From IMG/VR virus record IMGVR_UViG_3300037313_002214: DNA of 64,000 nt; one strand, given 5' to 3'. The position numbers and the translations under genes were made by a program. Positions 19,794 through 26,369 of this stretch are shown piece by piece. The DNA comes from an uncultured virus (IMG/VR IMGVR_UViG_3300037313_002214) (taxonomy: Duplodnaviria; Heunggongvirae; Uroviricota; Caudoviricetes). Position 1 is the first letter of the stretch. Every line of letters begins with the position of its first letter. The notes beneath the pieces are model-generated. The model searched no databases, was not told the DNA's origin, and worked only from the letters and a program-made list of their open reading frames with translations.

Positions 19794-20268
19794 CCAGGCG
19801 ATCATCGGTGGTCGTGAGCTTGACGCGTTCCTCCAGCAGCTTCCGGTAAAGGTGGAGCGCAACATTCTGCGCGCGGCGATGCGGGCCGGCGCGAACGTCT
19901 TTAAGGCTGCAGCCAAAGAAGCCGTCCCGGTCGACGATGGCGACTTGAAGGCCAGCATTCGTGTCACGACCAGAACAAAGAACGGCACGGTTTATGCCTC
20001 GCTCAAGGCCGGCGGGAAAAAAGCCCCGCATTGGCACTGGGTCGAGTTCGGAACCGCTGCGCACAAGATCAGGGCCAAGCCGAACCATGCTCTTTCGTTT
20101 GGTGGCGTCACGGTGCACGAGGTAGATCACCCAGGTGCGAAGCCAAAGCCGTTTATGCGGCCAGCGTTCGACTCCGCAGCTGCTGCAGCAGTTGCTGCTG
20201 CGGCTGCGAAGATACGTGAGCGCCTTACGAAAGAGGGTATTAACACACCCGCTCCGGAGGATGGATGA
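19786..20268 (+). CDS. HK97 gp10-family protein
   Basis: PVDDGDLKASI, VEFGT, PFMRPAFD. Confidence 0.9.
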   Translation: MDDQAIIGGRELDAFLQQLPVKVERNILRAAMRAGANVFKAAAKEAVPVDDGDLKASIRVTTRTKNGTVYASLKAGGKKAPHWHWVEFGTAAHKIRAKPNHALSFGGVTVHEVDHPGAKPKPFMRPAFDSAAAAAVAAAAAKIRERLTKEGINTPAPEDG

Positions 20269-20666
20269 CGGCGAAGATTATCCGCGCACTGCTTGTCGGT
20301 GCCACGGAAATTACCTCGGATGTGCCGGTAGATCGTATCGTTGCTGGCACCGTTAAGGCGGGTACGCCGCTGCCAGCCTTGGGAATTACCGAGATAGGCG
20401 GCGCCCCAGTCGGCTCAATGGACGCCCAGGCCGAGTTCTCGATTGTGACTGAGAGGGTGCAGGTTACAGCGATGTGCAAGACGTATCCAGAGGTAAAGGC
20501 ATTGCTCAAGTTGGTTCGGCGTGCCTGCAACTTCCAGCGCGGCACGATAGCGGGCGAAAACGTCGTCAGCATTGTGCGCGATACGGTTGGCCCGGATCTT
20601 GATGATCCAGCCGGCAACAGCTTCCAAAGCATTGACTTCAAAGTCACGTACTACGAACAGAACTAG
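20265..20666 (+). CDS. Tail completion/terminator protein
   Basis: Position and size; LPALGITEI, RVQVT. Confidence 0.7.
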   Translation: MTAKIIRALLVGATEITSDVPVDRIVAGTVKAGTPLPALGITEIGGAPVGSMDAQAEFSIVTERVQVTAMCKTYPEVKALLKLVRRACNFQRGTIAGENVVSIVRDTVGPDLDDPAGNSFQSIDFKVTYYEQN

Positions 20667-20688
20667 CAGCATAAACATCATCAACCCG

Positions 20689-20720
20689 AGCCCGCACAGC
20701 TTCCGCTTGCGGGCTTTTTT
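20689..20720 (+). terminator. Rho-independent terminator
   Basis: AGCCCGCA...TGCGGGCT followed by T run. Confidence 0.7.
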
Positions 20721-20740
20721 CATTCGCAAAAGGAACAGAC

Positions 20741-21961
20741 ATGGGCACTGGCTCGGGCGTATATAAGCAGGTAACGTACAAAGTCGAAACCACCTATGGT
20801 ACGGCGCCGGGCGCCGCGTCGGCGCAGTCGTTGCGTCGTGTGACGTCGTCCCTGGACTTGACCAAGGACACCTATCAATCGAACGAGATCCGCCCTGACT
20901 TCCAGGTCGCGGACTTCCGTCACGGCCTGCGTAAGGTCGGCGGGTCCATCAGTGGTGAACTGTCGGCGAAGACGTACGGCGACTTCATCGCAGCCGCCCT
21001 CAAAAAGGATTTCGTTGCCGGAGTTAGCGTGGCCAGCGCCTCCATTACGGTGGGCGGCACGGCAGGAGCATGGACGCTCACGCGTGCAGCCGGCTCGTGG
21101 CTGACTGATGGTGTCAAGTTGGGCGACGTGGTGCGCCTGACCGCTGGTGCGTTCAATGCGAGTAACCTGAACAAGAACATCCAGGTTACCGCCATTACCG
21201 CGACGGTCCTGACCGGTATCGTGCTGAACGGATCGAGCCTGACGGCGGAGGGGCCTATCGCGAGCGCAACGCTCACCGTCTACGGTAAAAAAACGATGGT
21301 CCCGCAGACCGGTCATACGGACAAGTCCTTCTCGATCGAGCACTGGCATCCGGACGTCGGCGCGACTGGCGCAAGCGACCTTTTCACCGGCTGCAAGGTT
21401 TCGAAGGTGACGTTCACGCTGCCGGCTACAGGCATGGCGACCGTGGCTGTCGAGTTTACGGGTAGGGACGCGACGCCAGGCACGGCCCAATACTTCACGT
21501 CGCCAACGGCGGTGACGGTCACGGGCACGATGGCGGCTGTGAACGGTGTTGTGAAAGTAGGTGCCGCTACCGGCGGCACCATCACCAGCGCGAGCATCGA
21601 GATCTCGTGCGCACAGTCGAGTGAGCCGGGCATCGGCTCGAACGTCGCGGACCAAGTGGCTACCGGCCGCGTCATCGTTACCGGCCAAGTGACTGCGAAG
21701 TTCGATTCGACCGCGCTGCGTGACGCCTTCTACAACGAGACCGAGATCAGCGCATACCTCGCCTTCACGGCCGACAACACCGCCGCGTCCGACTTTATCG
21801 CGTTCAGCATGAACCGGATCAAGGTGAACGGCGCGTCGAAGGACGATGGCGAAAAGATCCTGATCCAGACGATCCCGTTCCAGGCGCTGCTGAACACCGA
21901 TGGCGGCGCGACTCAGCCCGAGGATCTGACGACCATCAGCGTGCAGGACTCAGCTTACTGA
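20741..21961 (+). CDS. Major tail tube protein
   Basis: SNEIRPDFQVADFRHG..VGGSISGELS, SFSIE; position. Confidence 0.85.
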   Translation: MGTGSGVYKQVTYKVETTYGTAPGAASAQSLRRVTSSLDLTKDTYQSNEIRPDFQVADFRHGLRKVGGSISGELSAKTYGDFIAAALKKDFVAGVSVASASITVGGTAGAWTLTRAAGSWLTDGVKLGDVVRLTAGAFNASNLNKNIQVTAITATVLTGIVLNGSSLTAEGPIASATLTVYGKKTMVPQTGHTDKSFSIEHWHPDVGATGASDLFTGCKVSKVTFTLPATGMATVAVEFTGRDATPGTAQYFTSPTAVTVTGTMAAVNGVVKVGAATGGTITSASIEISCAQSSEPGIGSNVADQVATGRVIVTGQVTAKFDSTALRDAFYNETEISAYLAFTADNTAASDFIAFSMNRIKVNGASKDDGEKILIQTIPFQALLNTDGGATQPEDLTTISVQDSAY

Positions 21962-22072
21962 TCCATTTCGCCGCAGTAGCGGCAACCAAGGCACCGACCG
22001 GCTGCCGTCGCCTTTCGCGGGCGCGGCGGCCGGCACGGGCAATACTTCAACCTCTCCGCGAAAGAGAAAACA

Positions 22073-22522
22073 ATGAACGCAACCGCACAACCCTCCGATC
22101 TGCTGACCAAACTGGTGGCCTCCCTGGACATCGACGCATTTGACGACGTGCCGACAGGTCGTCTGGTTCTCGTGAACCCGAAAACGAAGGAGCCTACCAG
22201 CACGTACATCGAACTGGCCAGCCCGGAGCACGAGTCGCGCAAACGCATCGACCTGGCGCGCACCCGCAAACTACGCGCCGAGTTCTCCGCCACCGGAAAG
22301 ATGCCGTCGTCCGATCCGCTGGAGGACATGGAGGACGAGCTCGACTATCTGGTCGCATCGGTGTTGGGCTGGAACGTCACCCGCGGCAGTCAGCCCGTCG
22401 AGTGCACGTCGACCAACGTGCGCGCGCTGCTGTCCGACCCGACGAAGCAATGGCTGCGCACCCAGGTCCGCGCCGGCATCAACAAGACCGAGCTTTTTAT
22501 CGCCGACTCCGCGAAAGCCTGA
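22073..22522 (+). CDS. Tail assembly chaperone (gpG-like)
   Basis: Between tail tube and tape measure genes; ends in a T-rich slippery tract. Confidence 0.75.
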   Translation: MNATAQPSDLLTKLVASLDIDAFDDVPTGRLVLVNPKTKEPTSTYIELASPEHESRKRIDLARTRKLRAEFSATGKMPSSDPLEDMEDELDYLVASVLGWNVTRGSQPVECTSTNVRALLSDPTKQWLRTQVRAGINKTELFIADSAKA

Positions 22523-22845
22523 CGGAGTGCTGCCGCGCCGAGTACGAGCTGTCGGCGCGGCTCGGTGACGGCGCAACGCTACGCACCCATTTGCAACGCG
22601 CAGCGAAGAACACCGGTGAGCGAGATCCGCGGCTTAACATCCAATGGCCGCGGCTCGGCCGGGTACTCTGGGACGCCTTCCGTGGTATCGGTCGCTCAAT
22701 GACGATGAATGGGCCCGGGCCGATCACGCCGCAGGACATCTTGGCGTATCAAACACTTTACAGCGTGACGTTCACGGCGTGGGAATTGGAGGTGATCGAA
22801 GCCTTCGATGCGATCGCGCTGGAGGCGATGCACAAGAAGGAGTGA
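22494..22845 (+). CDS. Tail assembly chaperone frameshift extension (gpT-like, -1 frame)
   Basis: Overlapping -1 frame ORF (GPGPITPQDILAY...WELEVIEAFD) with no good start of its own; CTTTTTAT at the overlap. Confidence 0.7.
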
Positions 22846-22915
22846 CGGGGCGCGAAATCAGCACCCCATCTAGCGTGGATGGTGGCGGTGCGTTCCTACC
22901 CAGGCTTTGCGACCT

Positions 22916-23182
22916 TCAGCCGGCCTTTTTCTTCGCATCCGCCGCACCGGCTAATCGTTGCGCGCGCATATTCCTGATGACCGAAAGCGCGCCCTCTAAG
23001 AATAGCTTTTCGGTGTCGGTAAAGCCTTCTTCGGTCGCAAGTGAGACTTCGAGGCGAGCGACAATTTCCGCGTTCATCGAGCGATTGTTCAGCTTGGCGG
23101 ACTCGGCGATGCGGTCGCGCATCCCCTCGGGGAGGCGGACGACGAACTGCTCTGCAGTCCGGCTTGGTGGTTTTGTACTCAT
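22916..23182 (-). CDS. Arc/Mnt-family ribbon-helix-helix repressor
   Basis: [33 protein letters not shown]. Confidence 0.9.
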   Translation of the reverse strand: MSTKPPSRTAEQFVVRLPEGMRDRIAESAKLNNRSMNAEIVARLEVSLATEEGFTDTEKLFLEGALSVIRNMRAQRLAGAADAKKKAG

Positions 23183-23195
23183 TGCCGCAACGTAC

Positions 23196-23249
23196 TAGCA
23201 AAGTGCGATATTTTCAATAATATGTAGTTGCGATCATCGCAAAGTGCGA
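23196..23249. promoter_or_regulatory. Putative Arc/Mnt operator pair in a divergent promoter
   Basis: GCAAAGTGCGA at 23198-23208 and 23239-23249 (TCGCA-aag-TGCGA palindrome); TATAGT follows. Confidence 0.55.
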
Positions 23250-23288
23250 GTATAGTGCAGGACATTGACACAGTGAAAGGAGGGCGAC

Positions 23289-23453
23289 ATGTCTCAGGTC
23301 ACGGCGCCGGTTCAGATTCAAATCCGAACGAGCGCTGCAAATAAAGACTGGCTGAAGCGAGCGGCCGACGCTCAAGAGCGATCGGTGAACTGGCTCATCC
23401 ACAAGATGTTTACCGATGCGCGTCTCGCTGAAGAGGCAAAGCAGAGTGCGTAG
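23289..23453 (+). CDS. Small Arc-like ribbon-helix-helix protein
   Basis: 54 aa, VQIQIRTSAANKDWLKRAADAQERSVNWLI; strong AGGAGG RBS; not in the ORF track. Confidence 0.75.
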   Translation: MSQVTAPVQIQIRTSAANKDWLKRAADAQERSVNWLIHKMFTDARLAEEAKQSA

Positions 23454-23531
23454 CGGGAAAGAAAAAGCCCTGATCGGCTTGGCGGCAGGATCAGGGCTCT
23501 TGGTGAATCCACAGATGAATGAGGAATCGGA

Positions 23532-23726
23532 ATGAAGACTATCACAAGTGACAACGGCGCGCAATCGAATGATGGCCTGAGCGCGCAACAGCGTGAACTC
23601 CTGGTCAACTTCAGCAACATGAGCAAGACGGCCCGTGACACGTTTTTCGCTATGTCGCGAGAGTTCGCACGGATGCTGCCGCACCACCGTCCGCAACTGA
23701 AGTTGGTCGCGGGAGGCGCAGCATGA
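23532..23726 (+). CDS. Small helical protein, similar to 51451-51648
   Basis: GAGG RBS; LSAQQRELLVNFSNMSKTAR. Confidence 0.65.
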   Translation: MKTITSDNGAQSNDGLSAQQRELLVNFSNMSKTARDTFFAMSREFARMLPHHRPQLKLVAGGAA

Positions 23727-24451
23727 ACGACATGATCACTATTGGCGGCATCGAATTGGCTCCGATCGAGTATCGCGGCCAGCGCGTGATGACGCTGGCT
23801 ATGATGGACGCGGTGCATCGTCGCCCGGAAGATACGGCTCGCCGGACTTTCAATAAGCATCGGGCTCGGCTGGTTGAAGGGGAAGATTACCACGAGGTGA
23901 CTGCGGACGAAATTCGTACGCAGTCGCTCGGCGAAGCATTCGCCCCTCGAACGCCGAAAGGCACGCTTCTGACAGAAACTGGCTATTCGATGCTGGTCAA
24001 AAGCTTCACCGACGACCTGGCATGGGATGTGCAGCGCCAGTTGGTAAAGTCGTATTTTGGCAAACAAGGAGGATTTGACCAGCTTGCTATGCTCCCGCCA
24101 GAGCAGCGCGCACTGGTGCAATTGATGTGCGAGAACGCCGAAATCAAGGCTCGCCAGACGCAAATAGAGGTGAAGCAGAGTGAGCAGGCTGAAGCTATCA
24201 AGCGTATCGAGGTCAAGCAGTCTGCCTTCGAAAACGGACATTCGTTCTTCACCGCTGTTGCCTTCTGCGCGCTGCGTGAGATCAAGCTGTCGATGCGGGA
24301 CCTGCAGCGCCTGGGCAGGAAGGCCGGTGCGATCAGTCGTAAGAAAGACATCCCGATCGATAAGGTCCGCGACGTCCGGTATGGCATGGTCAACTCGTAC
24401 CACGAGGAGACGTTGACTCAAGCCCTCAACGAAATTCATGGGGGTATGTGA
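23723..24451 (+). CDS. ORF6N-domain phage antirepressor-like protein
   Basis: IEYRGQRVMTL..MD.VH, EGEDY, LLTETGYSMLVKSFTDDLAWDVQRQLVKSYF. Confidence 0.85.
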   Translation: MNDMITIGGIELAPIEYRGQRVMTLAMMDAVHRRPEDTARRTFNKHRARLVEGEDYHEVTADEIRTQSLGEAFAPRTPKGTLLTETGYSMLVKSFTDDLAWDVQRQLVKSYFGKQGGFDQLAMLPPEQRALVQLMCENAEIKARQTQIEVKQSEQAEAIKRIEVKQSAFENGHSFFTAVAFCALREIKLSMRDLQRLGRKAGAISRKKDIPIDKVRDVRYGMVNSYHEETLTQALNEIHGGM

Positions 24452-25020
24452 TGGAAGTCTTAAAACTGAAGTTGATCGGCACCTCTCCGCTGATGATGCA
24501 CAGCGACCGGTTGGCGAATCCACTGCTGCCCGAGACAAAGGCGCATAAGTCGCTGACCGCGAAGCGCAAGAAGACCGATGAGGACCATCTGGCGATCGCG
24601 CGGTCCGAATTTATAAGTGGGCTGTATTACAGCGAGTCGGCCGGCGTGTACGTGCCAGGTCAAAATCTCGACGCAACATTTTTGGCCGGCGCCAAGTTGC
24701 AGAAGCTCGGCACAGCGTGGAAGCGAGGGGCGCTGGTCGTCACCGACCGTGTGAAATTGTTGTATGACGGCCCGCGCACACCGGAGGCGCTGTGGGAGGA
24801 CACGCGATTCGTCGACTGCCGCGGCGTCAAGGTCGGCACTGCAAAAGTGATGCGCTACCGGCCGGTGTTCATGGAGTGGGCTGCCGAACTAGAGTTGGCG
24901 TTCAACCCTGAAATCATGAATGAGGGTGAAGTCAAGAAAGCTATTGCAGATGCTGGTGCTCTGATCGGTGTTTGTGAGTATCGCCCACGTTTCGGCCGAT
25001 TTCAGGTGGCCTATGGATGA
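24448..25020 (+). CDS. Stand-alone Cas7/RAMP-like RNA-binding protein (Vipr-like)
   Basis: N-terminal strand LKLIGTSPLMMH, VYVPGQNL, C-terminal Gly-rich loop IGVCEYRPRFGRFQV; adjacent pentamer arrays. Confidence 0.7.
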   Translation: MMEVLKLKLIGTSPLMMHSDRLANPLLPETKAHKSLTAKRKKTDEDHLAIARSEFISGLYYSESAGVYVPGQNLDATFLAGAKLQKLGTAWKRGALVVTDRVKLLYDGPRTPEALWEDTRFVDCRGVKVGTAKVMRYRPVFMEWAAELELAFNPEIMNEGEVKKAIADAGALIGVCEYRPRFGRFQVAYG

Positions 25021-25480
25021 CGACGACAAAATGTCGCTACTCCCGGAGTGGCGCCAAGCTGTAAGGGACTTCCTCGCAGCCGGCTTCAAAGAGGGCGATG
25101 TGGTTTCGCACTCGTGGCTTGAAGAGCGCTTCGGCATGAAGAAGCTCGAGGATGATAGGCCACTGTTGCCGGTCGACTGGAATGCGCGCCAGTTTGAATG
25201 GCTTCGAAACATCGAGGCATTTCGAGCTGAACTGCTCGAGCAGCATCAGATTTTTTTGAGCAGCGTATTCGGCGAGGGGTACCGATTGGTGCCGCCGCGC
25301 GAGCAAACTGCGATCGCGCAAGAGCGGTTCGAGCGCGAGGCTAAGCGGTCTTATCGCAAGGCAGCTAACACGCTGAAGAACGTGCGAATTGGTGAGTTGA
25401 CCGAGTCTGAGAGGAAGGAAAATCTGGATGCGATCGCGCGCATTGCGATGCTGCGCGGCTTCCATAGGTCGATTGAGTAG
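25013..25480 (+). CDS. Accessory protein of the RAMP-like cassette
   Basis: Overlaps the RAMP gene stop; LSSVFGEGYRLVPP resembles a wHTH wing, followed by a coiled region. Confidence 0.7.
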   Translation: MDDDDKMSLLPEWRQAVRDFLAAGFKEGDVVSHSWLEERFGMKKLEDDRPLLPVDWNARQFEWLRNIEAFRAELLEQHQIFLSSVFGEGYRLVPPREQTAIAQERFEREAKRSYRKAANTLKNVRIGELTESERKENLDAIARIAMLRGFHRSIE

Positions 25481-25494
25481 GATGCCGTAACGGC

Positions 25495-25844
25495 CAGCGT
25501 CCCGCTCGCGGGGCGCTGTTCGATGCGAAAGCATCATGCGGCGGGCCTTAGCTCGGTTTGCTAAGGTCTGGCATGGTTAGGTCCGCTGAGGCTAGGTAGG
25601 CTGGGTTATGGGCTGACAACAGCGTCTAGCGCCTTCTAACGAGGGCGCTATTCGGTGCGGTACGCTGCGCTACGGTGTGTCACGGCAAGACGTGGTAAGC
25701 CGGGCCGCGGTAAGGCATGGGCTGACAACAGCAGCCAGCATCTTCAATGAGGGTGCTGGTTGATGCGGTAAGCATCGATGGCATGGTATGGTGGGCTGAG
25801 CAATGGCGAGGCATGGCCGGGTCTGGTCGACTGCGGCGAGATAG
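25495..25844 (+). ncRNA. Three tandem hairpin plus (GGY-NN)n pentamer arrays; putative guide RNAs
   Basis: Hairpins 25495-25518, 25627-25650, 25735-25759; 5-nt periodic tracts 25540-25608, 25654-25718, 25780-25844; exact 16-mer ATGGGCTGACAACAGC at 25608-25623 and 25717-25732. Confidence 0.8.
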
Positions 25845-25848
25845 TAGT

Positions 25849-25880
25849 GCACGGGAGCCCCTAATGGGGGCTTTTCGTGC
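25849..25880 (+). terminator. Hairpin/terminator closing the array
   Basis: GCACGGGAGCCCC-taat-GGGGGCTTTTCGTGC followed by TTT. Confidence 0.6.
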
Positions 25881-25927
25881 TTTGCATTTCACTGGTGTAA
25901 TATTTCCCCTCTCAACTAGGAGGGGGT

Positions 25928-26290
25928 ATGAGCTCAATCACGATTCATGCTGGAGACTTCCCAAAAGGGAAGGCATCGTTAGGGTTCGGTGTAATTACTT
26001 TCCCATGGCAACCTGGAGACGGGTTCAGTGCTGGAAACAGCGTGGTGCTAAAAAATCATCTGGAGTCCGTTGAAATCGCGTCAGAGGAGTCGGTAAAACG
26101 GGTAGGCGGAACGCTTGGGTGGGGCATAGCAGGAGCCACATTGCTCGGGCCGGTGGGTCTGCTTGCGGGGCTACTGCTTGGGGGCAAAGGCAAAGATGTG
26201 ACATTTGTGGCTGTCTTTAAGGACGGGAAAAAGATGCTTGCCACGGCCGATGCGAAAACATACACGAAATTGCAGGCCATAGTTTTTTAG
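25928..26290 (+). CDS. Hypothetical moron protein with Gly-zipper hydrophobic segment
   Basis: AGGAGG RBS, lower GC, GWGIAGATLLGPVGLLAGLLLGG; double terminator 26308-26357. Confidence 0.7.
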   Translation: MSSITIHAGDFPKGKASLGFGVITFPWQPGDGFSAGNSVVLKNHLESVEIASEESVKRVGGTLGWGIAGATLLGPVGLLAGLLLGGKGKDVTFVAVFKDGKKMLATADAKTYTKLQAIVF

Positions 26291-26369
26291 ATTCCACTTC
26301 TCAAGTGAAGCCAGCCTTGCGCTGGCTTTTTTATTGCCACCTTCGGGTGGCATTTTTATTGGAGCTCAC

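Noticed and set aside
21821..21835. Array 2 partial gapped match to tail tube codons K-V-N-G-A
   Set aside because: Only five dinucleotides match and the flanks do not; expected by chance in 64 kb
25495..25844. CRISPR array
   Set aside because: Only two exact 16-bp repeats; the intervening DNA is itself 5-nt periodic rather than unique spacer, and no cas1/cas2/cas6 is present
25670..26073. ORFs 25670-25852(-), 25680-25937(-) and 25747-26073(+)
   Set aside because: Low-complexity translations of the pentamer array that cross hairpins or the terminator and lack an RBS
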